From the IMG/VR virus record IMGVR_UViG_3300045391_002432: a stretch of 39,981 bases of DNA. One strand, 5' to 3'. Each line of letters starts with the position of its first letter. The stretch's first letter is position 1. The stretch is from a virus. Below, one piece after another: positions 8,420-17,042 of the stretch. The notes under the pieces were generated by a model. It worked only from the letters and a program-made list of their open reading frames with translations. It searched no databases and had not been told where the DNA came from. Made by a program: the position numbers and the translations under genes.

Positions 8420-9373
8420 TCAGACGCCGGTCAGCAGGATGCGGCCCTGCATGGCCCGGTTGGACAGCGTGATCGCGCCCATGAAGGCGATGTGCCGGGT
8501 GATCGCGTCCATGTCAGGCGACTGGTCGGGAAGATCGAGCGCTTCGAAATTGCGCCCCCGGTAAATCTCGAACTTCATGTACTTCGTGTTGAGCATGTAG
8601 CCGCCGACGAGGCCGGTGGCCGCGCCGTCGAACACGATGGCCGCCTGCTTGTATTTCAGCGTTTCGAAGCCGAGCGCGCCAAGGCGGGCGTCGGCATAGC
8701 GCTGGTTTTCCTGCAAGCCGCTCTCGTAGGTCGAGTAAAGCTCGGCATCGGCGACCACGAGGTCGGGATGCTCGGTGCCACGGATCAGCTTCATCCAGAG
8801 AGTGTTCAGGCCGGCCTTGAGGGCCGGATATTGCAGGCCGGTGGCGCGGGCGATGCTCTGGAACTGGTTTTGCCAGAACGCCCAGGTCGTGGCGTTGATG
8901 CCGCCGACCGTGCCGAGGCCGTCGTCGGTCACGAACGCCTTGAGACCAGCGAAGGACTTCGCCACGGTGCCGTCGCCGTAGACAGCCTTCGTGATGTTGT
9001 TCTTCATGGTCGACTGGGCGTTGTCGATCTTGCCTTCAAGCAGGTTGAGGATTTGCGCCCGGCCACGGTTCTTGGCCAGATCGGGGCCAGAGAGGGTGAC
9101 GGAAGCCACGGCGTTGGCCGGCGAATAATCGGCCTCCGAAATGGTCTCCTTCACGGCGCGGCTGAGCAGTTCGGTGCCGCTGTACCACGCAAAGGTCTCC
9201 TCGGCGTAGGTGAGCGGGGTCGAAATTGCCTTGCCGCCATCGACAACGCGGACCCGGTCGCCCTGCCGAAGCAGCGCGGTCAGCGCGTTGGAGTTCGAGA
9301 CGTTGTCGGCAAATTCGTCGTGGTAGTCGTTGATGGTGGTCGCCACCAACTGGGTTACGGTAGGTTCGGCCAT
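8420..9373 (-). CDS. Major capsid protein (317 aa)
   Basis: Size and position directly after the scaffold-like gene. SD AGGAG lies upstream of ATG 9373. The N-terminal region (...NDYHDEFADNVSNSNALTALL...) resembles capsid proteins I recall from BPP-1/P22-like podoviruses, but this was not verified. Confidence 0.7.
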   Translation of the reverse strand: MAEPTVTQLVATTINDYHDEFADNVSNSNALTALLRQGDRVRVVDGGKAISTPLTYAEETFAWYSGTELLSRAVKETISEADYSPANAVASVTLSGPDLAKNRGRAQILNLLEGKIDNAQSTMKNNITKAVYGDGTVAKSFAGLKAFVTDDGLGTVGGINATTWAFWQNQFQSIARATGLQYPALKAGLNTLWMKLIRGTEHPDLVVADAELYSTYESGLQENQRYADARLGALGFETLKYKQAAIVFDGAATGLVGGYMLNTKYMKFEIYRGRNFEALDLPDQSPDMDAITRHIAFMGAITLSNRAMQGRILLTGV

Positions 9374-9400
9374 GACGGGCTCCTGTCAGAGGGGCCCGTC
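9374..9400 (-). promoter_or_regulatory. Stem-loop presenting the capsid gene SD in its loop
   Basis: gacgggc (9374..9380) pairs with gcccgtc (9394..9400). The 13-nt loop contains the complement of the SD, and the stem abuts ATG 9373. Confidence 0.35.
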
Positions 9401-9414
9401 CTTGCGGGTCGCCC

Positions 9415-10617
9415 TCAGAGGCCGACCTCGTCAGCAGCTGCCTCAAGTTTCGCGCGCAGCCCCGTGGGCTTGCCTTCGCCAGCTGGCTTGGTCACCGGCG
9501 AGGTCACACCCCGCACGTTTGACCGCACCGCCTGCCTCGCCCTCTGGTTCGCCTGCTGCTGCTGGACGCTGTTGCGCTCAGCCGCGATCAGGTTTGCCCG
9601 GATCGAAGGCACGGCCCAGATCGCCATGTCGTAGGCCTCTTGCAGCGGTCGCTCCGGGTTGGCCCGGAAAAGCTCGATCATGTGCGGCAGCACAGCGTCG
9701 AAGTGCGGGTGCTTCAGGTTGCCCTGAGCGTCCTTCTCGTCCGCGAATTGATCGATGCTCCATCGGTTGACCTTCAAGGCCTCGGCAGACTGCCGGCTGG
9801 CATCCTGCTGACGCATCTGGTTTAGCTCGCCCCGAAGGGCCTGCACGTCACCTAGGGTCTTGCTGATGTGGTCAGCAAAGTAACGGATAGCCGGGTCTTT
9901 GAGGTCTTCCTCGGAGAGGGCGACACCCGCCGGTCCCGGCTGGCTCATCTGGCCTGTAGCCGCTGGGTCCAGCCCCATCCTCTGGCCGAGTTCCTTCAAC
10001 AGCGCGAGACGGGCCTGCGGATTGGGGTCCATGGCCCTTCGGTGGAAGCTCGCCCACTGCCCGATGGCATCGTAGGGCGAGACACCCGCCTGCTGTAGCG
10101 ACCCGGCAATAACCGGGTCTTGGAAGATCGGCGCGAGCGACTGGGTGAACTGAACTGCTGTCGCTGCGGCCTGCGCCTTCGTCTGATAGTCCCGCTCCAT
10201 CTCTGTGTGCCGTCGCAGCAGGAACTCCTGTCCTGCTGGGTCGAGCTTGGCAAAGGTTTGGCGGTCCTGTTCAGACCAGTGTTGCGGTGGCTGATTGCTC
10301 CCTTGGGCTGGATCGGCCGGCTTCGCGTCACTGGGCGCTTTAGGGTCCTTGATCGGGGCTGGATCGTTAGATTGCTCACCCGGCTTCGCGACCTGATCTG
10401 CCGGTGCGAAGCGGCCCATGCTATCCCTGCGCCGCTCGCCTTGTCCAGCATCTTGTCCTTCGGCCTCCTGCACAGGCTCATCGCCGCTGCCGTCGTCGGC
10501 GGCGGCGTCGTCCTGGACCCGGTCCCAAGCGGCCTCGGCTACGTCGCGCAGCGAGCGCTTCGGTTCAGGCGGGGTCGCTCCATTTGAAGGTGTCGTCGGC
10601 TGATTTTCGTCGGGCAT
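9415..10617 (-). CDS. Scaffolding protein candidate (400 aa)
   Basis: Acidic, helix-prone and low in aromatic residues. It lies directly upstream of the capsid gene. SD AAGGAAG lies upstream of ATG 10617. Confidence 0.55.
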   Translation of the reverse strand: MPDENQPTTPSNGATPPEPKRSLRDVAEAAWDRVQDDAAADDGSGDEPVQEAEGQDAGQGERRRDSMGRFAPADQVAKPGEQSNDPAPIKDPKAPSDAKPADPAQGSNQPPQHWSEQDRQTFAKLDPAGQEFLLRRHTEMERDYQTKAQAAATAVQFTQSLAPIFQDPVIAGSLQQAGVSPYDAIGQWASFHRRAMDPNPQARLALLKELGQRMGLDPAATGQMSQPGPAGVALSEEDLKDPAIRYFADHISKTLGDVQALRGELNQMRQQDASRQSAEALKVNRWSIDQFADEKDAQGNLKHPHFDAVLPHMIELFRANPERPLQEAYDMAIWAVPSIRANLIAAERNSVQQQQANQRARQAVRSNVRGVTSPVTKPAGEGKPTGLRAKLEAAADEVGL

Positions 10618-10870
10618 GCTCTGCTTCCTTTTTCTGCGCTTGCCGGCCGCGCTTCATGTTGCGCGGCAGGTCTCTGGGGTCGACCGCCCCGGCGGCGGCC
10701 ATGTCGCGGTCGCGCTCGCGCCACGAGGTGATTTCCTTTCCCGTCACCGGACTTTCGAATGGTTCAATGCGGCTCAGCATCGGGGCCGGGAAGATCGAGC
10801 GCGCGACCGGCGGTGGCTTCAGCTTGCGCTTGTCGATCAGGACGCTGTCCTTGATGACGTAGACGGTCAT
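10565..10870 (-). CDS. Hypothetical protein (101 aa)
   Basis: ATG 10870 forms an ATGA overlap with the upstream stop. The 3' end overlaps the scaffold gene by 53 nt. Confidence 0.55.
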   Translation of the reverse strand: MTVYVIKDSVLIDKRKLKPPPVARSIFPAPMLSRIEPFESPVTGKEITSWRERDRDMAAAGAVDPRDLPRNMKRGRQAQKKEAEHARRKSADDTFKWSDPA

Positions 10871-11073
10871 TTGTGCTGCGGCCGGCGCTGCCGGTCCCTT
10901 GGCAGGTTGAACTGGCTCGCGCCGCCAACGTAGCCGCCCTTGCCGACCTTGCGCGGCGGCTTGGGCTTCGAGTTCGGGCCGGTGCCGCCCTTCACGAACT
11001 GGGCGTTGTCGCCCTTCATCGCGGCGCTCGGGTCAGAGCCGGGCACGTCCATGAACGGGACGGTCTTTTTCAT
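10867..11073 (-). CDS. Hypothetical basic protein (68 aa)
   Basis: ATGA overlaps at both ends (10867..10870 and 11070..11073). Confidence 0.55.
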   Translation of the reverse strand: MKKTVPFMDVPGSDPSAAMKGDNAQFVKGGTGPNSKPKPPRKVGKGGYVGGASQFNLPRDRQRRPQHK

Positions 11074-11318
11074 TTTGCCTCCAGTGCCGCCTTGCGGGCC
11101 ATCAGCATGGCGATTTCCACCTGCGTGGCGGCGATGTTCATTCTGCGGGACATGAAGACGTGTTCCTGATGCTGGCCCGGCGGACTTGAGCCCTCGGCCC
11201 AGTGCATCGCTTCCAGCAGCGCCTCGCCGGCCGACTGGATTGCGGCGAGGTGGTGCTGCTGCCTGTCGGTGAGGCCGGCGGGGTCAGCCGCCGGCACCGG
11301 GTCGCGAGGACCGACCAT
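11070..11318 (-). CDS. Hypothetical protein (82 aa)
   Basis: A TAATG one-nt junction at 11318 and an ATGA overlap at 11070. Confidence 0.55.
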   Translation of the reverse strand: MVGPRDPVPAADPAGLTDRQQHHLAAIQSAGEALLEAMHWAEGSSPPGQHQEHVFMSRRMNIAATQVEIAMLMARKAALEAK

Positions 11319-11539
11319 TATGGTGCCTCGCGCCGATAGCCGTGCGCGGCGGCGAACTGGTCCTCAGGGTCCTGAGGCGAGCCGGTCGGATAGGGCTCGG
11401 TCGGCGCGAGGGTCATGACCTCGACCGGCACCGGCTGGATCGGCTCGGAGTAAGGCGGGCGACCGCCCTTCTCGGCCTGCGTCTTGAGGTCGTCGGCGGC
11501 CGAGGTCTTCTCGACGGTGGTATCGGACTTGCTGGTCAT
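11318..11539 (-). CDS. Hypothetical acidic protein (73 aa)
   Basis: SD AAGGAG lies 7 nt upstream of ATG 11539. It is the first gene after the portal. Confidence 0.55.
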   Translation of the reverse strand: MTSKSDTTVEKTSAADDLKTQAEKGGRPPYSEPIQPVPVEVMTLAPTEPYPTGSPQDPEDQFAAAHGYRREAP

Positions 11540-11555
11540 CGTGGTCTCCTTCTGG

Positions 11556-13883
11556 TCACATCATTGGCGGCCGGCCGCCCATAGGCGGGCCCGGCGTCCG
11601 TGGCGGCCCGCCAGCGCCGTTAGGCGGCCTCGGAGGGCCGGGAGGGCCTGCCGGCGGCGGATGCCCTTGTGGGGGGCCCGGCGGGCCTGCGTGAGCCCCC
11701 GGCGGGCCGCCGGGAGGCATTCCAGGCGGTGGCATCGGAGGTGGGGGCGGCGGCATGGCCGCCATCGCCTTCAGCTGCGCCTGAAAATCGCCGATCAGTT
11801 CCATGACGCCGCGCGAGTAGCGAACCGGGTGGATCGCCATCTTCAGCAGTTCCAGCGAAAGCTGGATCACCTGCGGCGGCGGCAACACGCCGCTCATGAG
11901 CATCGACTGGGTGCCCTGCATCACCAGCTGGATCGATTGCATGACCATCGCCATGGCCTGCTGCTCGGCCTGCTCGTCGGCGGCGACCGTGCTGTCGGCC
12001 TCGATGTCGATATTGCAGGTGCGCTGGAAATCCGACTGGAGGATTTTCATCACCTCGGGGGTGACGTCCTCGCCGGTCATGGCCGACAGCGTCTCGGGGT
12101 CGAAATTCTTGGCGATGATTTCGGCCTTGAGGCGCAAGAGGTCGCGCACGAAGTTGCCGGCCTGCTGCTTGGCGTCCTCAAGCCGGGAAGCGCCCATCGA
12201 GCCCTTGATGCGCTGCGCGGTCGCGGTCTCCGAGGCCTTGGTCGCTCCGCGCATGATGTCGGAAATGCCCATGACCTCGTAAATCGCCTGCTTGCACTGC
12301 TCGCGGGCCACGAACAGCTTGTCCAGCGCGTTCATGAAATCGACCACGGGCATCAGCCAGATGTGGTTGCCGAGGCCGCCGCTGATCATGTCGACGCCTT
12401 CGACCGGGATCATCTTCTGGTCGTCGGCCGTAAGGATGTCGCGGATGTCGGTTGAGGCCGAATTGTAGGCCCCGCGCACCTTCACCTGCTTGGTGAGCTT
12501 GGAAATGCGCGCCGAGGTCTCGTCCAGATCGTCGGCGAGCTTGGCGTACAGGTCATAGAACGGGCGCGGGATGCGGCTGTCGGTCGTGGTCACCGCCAGC
12601 ATCGGGGCCGGGATCGGATAGAAGCCGTCCAGCTGCAAGCTGTCGGGGTCGACCCGGAAGACGATGCCGGTGGCGTCGCGGCAGAGCCAGATGATGCGGC
12701 GGCTCTGGCGATCCCAGATTTCCCACATCATGGCCTTCTTGATCTTGTCGCCGAGCTTGGTCGCGGTCTTCATCGCCGCGCCGCCGCCGACCGGGTTTTG
12801 CGCCGCGCTCTCGTCGGTCCATTTGAACAGGTCGCTGAGCTTGTTTTCGGCCTTGAGCTTGTCGTACTCGGGCGACCCGGCGAACTCGGTTTCGAGGTCC
12901 TTCTGGGTGAACAGGTGGCGGAAGGCGATCCAGTTCATGTCGGCGACTGCGCGCACCGGGTCGACCAGCAAGTCCTCCCAGTAGACGTACTCGTCGTCCA
13001 CCTCTTCCCAGACCTTGATTTCCTGCGTCAGGGGCTCGCCGGTCTCAGGGTGTGGCAGCGGCGTCACGCCGTCGCCGGCCAGCACCGGCTCGGACTTCAT
13101 CACCGGCTTCCAGCGGACGCGGCAGGTGCCTCGACCGGGCAGCAGCACGTCCTTGATCGCCATCTTCACCGCTTCGTGGGAATGCTCGTCGTCCACCACG
13201 ATTTCGAGCGCCTTTTCCATGACCGAGGCGGCGGTCTCGACCGCTGCCTGATCGGGGCCCTTCGGGGCCGGCGGCGGCATCATCGGCATGGGCGGCATCG
13301 GCATAGCCGTCGAGCCCAGCAGCCCCGGCGGCGGCGGCATCACGATTGGCGCGCCGGGAGGCGGCCCCAGCATGGGGGCCGGTCCTTCCGGCGGCATGGC
13401 CGCCGCTGGAGACGGGGCCATAGGTGGCGGCCCCGCAGGACCGCCGGGCGGGGGAGGAGGCAAGCCCGGCGGCCCCGGCGGTGGCGGCACCAGTCCCGGT
13501 GGTGGCAACATGGGCGGTGGGAGAGGTGCGGCCACTTTCGTGAACCGCGAACGCACGACAGGCTGCGGCGGCTTCATGTAAATCGCCGGCAGCATGACCT
13601 CGGTGTTGGCGTAGAGGATGTTGAAGGTGACAGACCCGTTCGCGACCTTGCCGGTGCGTGCGTTCTTGGTCTCGTTGCGATAGATGCCGACAATCTCGCG
13701 AGCGCGGGTGCGCCAGTCGCGCTCGGCGCGCTCGGCGTCGTCCAGGCAGTCGAGCCAGTATTTCTTGTCGACCGTTTCGAGGGCGTAAGGATCGGCGTCG
13801 GCGATGTCGACGCGATCCGGCTTGCCAGCGCTGGCGGGCTGGGTGTCGACCGGGGGCGGATTAAGGTCGGCGTCCTGTGCCAT
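11556..13883 (-). CDS. Portal protein with two proline-rich low-complexity segments (775 aa from ATG 13883; GTG 13889 also possible)
   Basis: It lies immediately downstream of terL. The N-terminal block (...SVTFNILYANTEVMLPAIYMKPPQPVVRSRF...) is typical of podovirus portal proteins as I recall them. Pro-rich segments are encoded at 13254..13529 and 11559..11759. Confidence 0.8.
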   Translation of the reverse strand: MAQDADLNPPPVDTQPASAGKPDRVDIADADPYALETVDKKYWLDCLDDAERAERDWRTRAREIVGIYRNETKNARTGKVANGSVTFNILYANTEVMLPAIYMKPPQPVVRSRFTKVAAPLPPPMLPPPGLVPPPPGPPGLPPPPPGGPAGPPPMAPSPAAAMPPEGPAPMLGPPPGAPIVMPPPPGLLGSTAMPMPPMPMMPPPAPKGPDQAAVETAASVMEKALEIVVDDEHSHEAVKMAIKDVLLPGRGTCRVRWKPVMKSEPVLAGDGVTPLPHPETGEPLTQEIKVWEEVDDEYVYWEDLLVDPVRAVADMNWIAFRHLFTQKDLETEFAGSPEYDKLKAENKLSDLFKWTDESAAQNPVGGGAAMKTATKLGDKIKKAMMWEIWDRQSRRIIWLCRDATGIVFRVDPDSLQLDGFYPIPAPMLAVTTTDSRIPRPFYDLYAKLADDLDETSARISKLTKQVKVRGAYNSASTDIRDILTADDQKMIPVEGVDMISGGLGNHIWLMPVVDFMNALDKLFVAREQCKQAIYEVMGISDIMRGATKASETATAQRIKGSMGASRLEDAKQQAGNFVRDLLRLKAEIIAKNFDPETLSAMTGEDVTPEVMKILQSDFQRTCNIDIEADSTVAADEQAEQQAMAMVMQSIQLVMQGTQSMLMSGVLPPPQVIQLSLELLKMAIHPVRYSRGVMELIGDFQAQLKAMAAMPPPPPPMPPPGMPPGGPPGAHAGPPGPPQGHPPPAGPPGPPRPPNGAGGPPRTPGPPMGGRPPMM

Positions 13884-13885
13884 GG

Positions 13886-15319
13886 TCACCTCAACTCGTT
13901 CAATTTGAAGGCGTTCGCGACGAGGTATGGGTTGCGGTCGATGGCCCTCTGCTTGGTCGCCACGAAGGGTCGCGAGAGGCAGGCGTAGCGGGTCTCGTCA
14001 ACCGCATGGTCCTCGCCGTCAGTGTCGAGGTCTTCCGGCCGGTTTTCGTCGTGCTGCATCATCGGCAGGGTGCGGATGAGGTCGCGGCAGGTCTCGAAGA
14101 AGAACATCATCGGATGGCCGTCCGCGTTGCCGCGCAGCCGGGCGCGCACCTGATCCCAGCCGCCCATGCGCTTGTCGCGGCTGGTGCGGGTGTTGTCGGC
14201 CCGGCGGAAGGTCGCGCCGTGGCGCATCAGCGTCTCGCCGATGGACGGGCCAGAGATGACGGCAAAGGCCGCCGGGTCGAGGACGCCATAAGCGATGCGC
14301 TCGCGGGTGCCGGCGATGGTTTCCCGTGAAACGATGCCGACCGCGACCTGCTCGGCCGGCATCTTGATCCCGACGTTCGGCTGGCCGGTCTTGGCCCCGT
14401 ACCACTCGCGGTAGCGGATGATCGCGCCCCTCGGGATCACGCGACCCTCGCGCACCATGTCGTCCTGACAGACCGCCCACCAGCCGACGCTGAACGGGTG
14501 CGCTGAGCCCCAGTCCATCGAGCGGAACTTGATCCAGTAGTCGGGAATGTCGAAGGGCGTGATGATGTGCCGGCGGCTGTCGAACTCGGAGAAGAACGCG
14601 CCCTCAATCACGTTCCAGTCGCCTTCGAGCCACGCCCTGACCAGCTGCGGCGAACCGGACGCCTTCAGCTTGTTGACGTAGCCGGGGTCGTTTTCCAGCA
14701 GCCTCGGATTGTCGGCCAGCCGGGACGGAATGTAGACGCGGGTGAGCCCGGTCTCGGGGTCGGTGAAAATGTTGTAAGGCCCGAGGTCGATGGCCCACTG
14801 CTTGACCCAGTGATGGCCGGGCCCGCCGGGGTTGCAGGTCGCCCGGAATTGGCACGGCACGCCCTTGGCTGAGCGCAGGCAGGCCAGCAGTTTGAAGATC
14901 GCCCCCGAGGTCGAATACTGGGTCAGTTCCTCGACGTAGACGCGCGTCAGCGACCAGCCCTGATAGTTCTGGGCGTCCTGATCGCTTTCGAGGTAGGCGC
15001 AGGTCAGCTTCCCGCCGTTGGCCATGTGGAAGTAGCCGCCCTTTTCCTTCCACGTCGCGGCCGAGCCGAACATCGCCATGCCGGCGGCGATGGTGTCGCG
15101 CAGGTCCTCGCGGGTCTTGCGCACCATCAGCCCCTTGGCATCGGGTCCGTAGTCCTCGGAATGTATCCACCATTCGCCCAGCGAACCGTGGGTCTTGCCG
15201 CCGCCGCGCGCGCCGCCGAACACGACGATGTCGCACGGGCAGTCGATGAACGCCTGCTGCGGGCCCGGCTGGGGAATGAAACCGGGCTGGACCTCGATCT
15301 GGCGGGCCGCCGCGCTCAT
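13886..15319 (-). CDS. terL: Terminase large subunit
   Basis: Walker A (FGGARGGGKTHG), a Walker B-like VYVEE, and a C-terminal nuclease-like region (DWGSAHPFSVGWW). ATGA overlap with the upstream gene at 15316..15319. Confidence 0.9.
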   Translation of the reverse strand: MSAAARQIEVQPGFIPQPGPQQAFIDCPCDIVVFGGARGGGKTHGSLGEWWIHSEDYGPDAKGLMVRKTREDLRDTIAAGMAMFGSAATWKEKGGYFHMANGGKLTCAYLESDQDAQNYQGWSLTRVYVEELTQYSTSGAIFKLLACLRSAKGVPCQFRATCNPGGPGHHWVKQWAIDLGPYNIFTDPETGLTRVYIPSRLADNPRLLENDPGYVNKLKASGSPQLVRAWLEGDWNVIEGAFFSEFDSRRHIITPFDIPDYWIKFRSMDWGSAHPFSVGWWAVCQDDMVREGRVIPRGAIIRYREWYGAKTGQPNVGIKMPAEQVAVGIVSRETIAGTRERIAYGVLDPAAFAVISGPSIGETLMRHGATFRRADNTRTSRDKRMGGWDQVRARLRGNADGHPMMFFFETCRDLIRTLPMMQHDENRPEDLDTDGEDHAVDETRYACLSRPFVATKQRAIDRNPYLVANAFKLNELR

Positions 15320-16599
15320 GCCGCCACCTTGGTGCGCTGGGCGGCGATCTGGTCGAAGGTCGCCTCGGTGCCGGCGAGCTTGGCCTCGGCCCCGGCGAAG
15401 GCCTGCCAGCGCTTGATCGCCACGTCGACATAGGCCGGGTTAAGCTCCACGCCGAGGCCTTGGCGACTGGCCATCTCGGCGGCGATGATCGTGGTGCCCG
15501 AGCCCATGAAGGGGTCGTAGACCGCCTGCCCAGGCGACGAGTTGTTGAGCATCGGCCGGCGCATGCATTCGACCGGCTTCTGGGTCGAGTGGATCGAATG
15601 GGCGTCGGGGCCTTCCTTCTCTTGCAGGTAGCCGCTCAGCGCATTGATTTCCCAAATCGTGGATTGCTTGCGGTCGCCGGCCCAGTGCCCGGTGCCGCCC
15701 TTGCGCACGGCGTACCAGCACGGTTCGTGCTGCCAGTGATAGTCGCCCCGGCCGATCACGAACTGTGACTTGGCCCAAATGATCTGCGAGCGGAGCGTGA
15801 AGCCGGCGGCCTCAAGCCCCTCGGCCGCGCCGAGCGAGCGCAGGCCGCCGTGCCAGACGTAGGCAACGTCGCCGGGGAAAAGCGCCCACGCCTCGCGCCA
15901 ATCGGCCTGATGATCGTTGGCCACCACGCCGGTCGCCTTGGCCCCGACGAGCGAGCCGTCGCGGCGCTTCACGCGGTTGCGCCACATCGGGTCGTACTCG
16001 ACGCCGTAGGGCGGGTCGGTGACCATGAGGCCGGGCTGGATGCCGTCGAACAGGCGGGCGGTCACGTCGGCGCTGGTCGCGTCGCCGCAGATCAGCCGGT
16101 GCTTGCCCAGCAGCCAGAGGTCGCCCAGCTGGCTCACCGGGGTCTCGGGGACTTCCGGCACGTCGTCGGGATCGGTCAGGCCCTCTTTCGAGGCGGCGAG
16201 CAGGCGCTCGATTTCGGCCTCGGCCATGCCGGTCAGTTCGCGCATCTCGTCATCGAGGTCGGCGAACTCCAGCGCCAGCATCTCGTTGTCCCATGCGGCG
16301 TTGAGCGCCAGCTGGTTGTCGGCGATGCGATAGGCCTTGATCTGCTGCGGCGTCCAACCGACCGCCGTCATGACCGGGACGCTGTCGTAGCCGAGCTTCT
16401 GGGCGGCGAGCAGCCGGCCGTGGCCGGCGATTATCTCGCGCTCCTCATCGATCAGCACCGGAATGGTGAAGCCCCACTCGCGCATCGAGGCGGCGATCTG
16501 GGCGACTTGAGCCGGGGAGTGCTTCCGGGTGTTCCGGGCGTAGGGCAGCAGGTCTGCCACTGGCATGCGTTCGACGCGATCAGCGGGCCACTGCATCAT
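15316..16599 (-). CDS. ParB-like nuclease domain fused to a beta-class DNA methyltransferase (N6-A or N4-C)
   Basis: ParB-N motifs (DLLPYARNTRKHS, IIAGHGRLLAAQKLG). Methylase motif IV (VTDPPYG) precedes motif I (VYDPFMGSGTT). ATG 16599 forms an ATGA overlap with the terS stop. The ORF stays open up to 16641. Confidence 0.85.
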   Translation of the reverse strand: MMQWPADRVERMPVADLLPYARNTRKHSPAQVAQIAASMREWGFTIPVLIDEEREIIAGHGRLLAAQKLGYDSVPVMTAVGWTPQQIKAYRIADNQLALNAAWDNEMLALEFADLDDEMRELTGMAEAEIERLLAASKEGLTDPDDVPEVPETPVSQLGDLWLLGKHRLICGDATSADVTARLFDGIQPGLMVTDPPYGVEYDPMWRNRVKRRDGSLVGAKATGVVANDHQADWREAWALFPGDVAYVWHGGLRSLGAAEGLEAAGFTLRSQIIWAKSQFVIGRGDYHWQHEPCWYAVRKGGTGHWAGDRKQSTIWEINALSGYLQEKEGPDAHSIHSTQKPVECMRRPMLNNSSPGQAVYDPFMGSGTTIIAAEMASRQGLGVELNPAYVDVAIKRWQAFAGAEAKLAGTEATFDQIAAQRTKVAA

Positions 16600-17042
16600 T
16601 GCATCGGCCCTTCCGGCTTCGGCGCGAACTTCTTCTGCCACTCGTCCATCGACATTTTCTTGTCGCTGGCGCTGTTCCTGAGCGGCTTGCGAATGGTGGT
16701 CTCGACCTCGGCCTTTTCGATCACGAGGCCGAGCAGCTTGGCCTTGCCCATGATCGCGCCGACGCCGGCCGCCGGCTGCTTGGTCGCAATGGCCAGCTTG
16801 GTCATGAGGTCGAGTTCGGCCACGAGCGTGTCGACGGTGACGTCCAGGCGCTTGGCCTGCCGCTCCAGAAGCTCCTTGACGCGAGCAGCGACGTCGGGCC
16901 GGCGCGCATGCTTGGATGCGTCAGCACGATTGGCAGACGGTTTCATCTTAAAACCCGCCTTCGTGTAGGCCTCGTGTTGCGGCAAACCGCCGGCAAGGTT
17001 CTGTGCAAAACGTTCATCACGAGGGTTTGGAAGCACAGGCAT
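16596..17042 (-). CDS. terS: Terminase small subunit
   Basis: The N-terminus (PNPRDERFAQNLAGGLPQHEAYTKAGF) matches the conserved opening of Terminase_2-type small subunits. It is the first gene of the late operon. Confidence 0.7.
   Translation of the reverse strand: MPVLPNPRDERFAQNLAGGLPQHEAYTKAGFKMKPSANRADASKHARRPDVAARVKELLERQAKRLDVTVDTLVAELDLMTKLAIATKQPAAGVGAIMGKAKLLGLVIEKAEVETTIRKPLRNSASDKKMSMDEWQKKFAPKPEGPMQ

Noticed and set aside
8492-9634. A 380-aa plus-strand ORF across the capsid gene
   Set aside because: It is antisense to a well-supported capsid gene and has shadow-frame composition.
11600-11760. G-rich plus-strand tracts (also 13290..13540) as G-quadruplex or other regulatory elements
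   Set aside because: They are the complement of the proline codons in the portal gene. The loops between G-runs are long, so coding explains them fully.
12798-13988. A 396-aa plus-strand ORF, and 11484..12455 (323 aa), across the portal gene
   Set aside because: Both are antisense shadows. Their Gly/Arg runs simply mirror the portal's proline codons.
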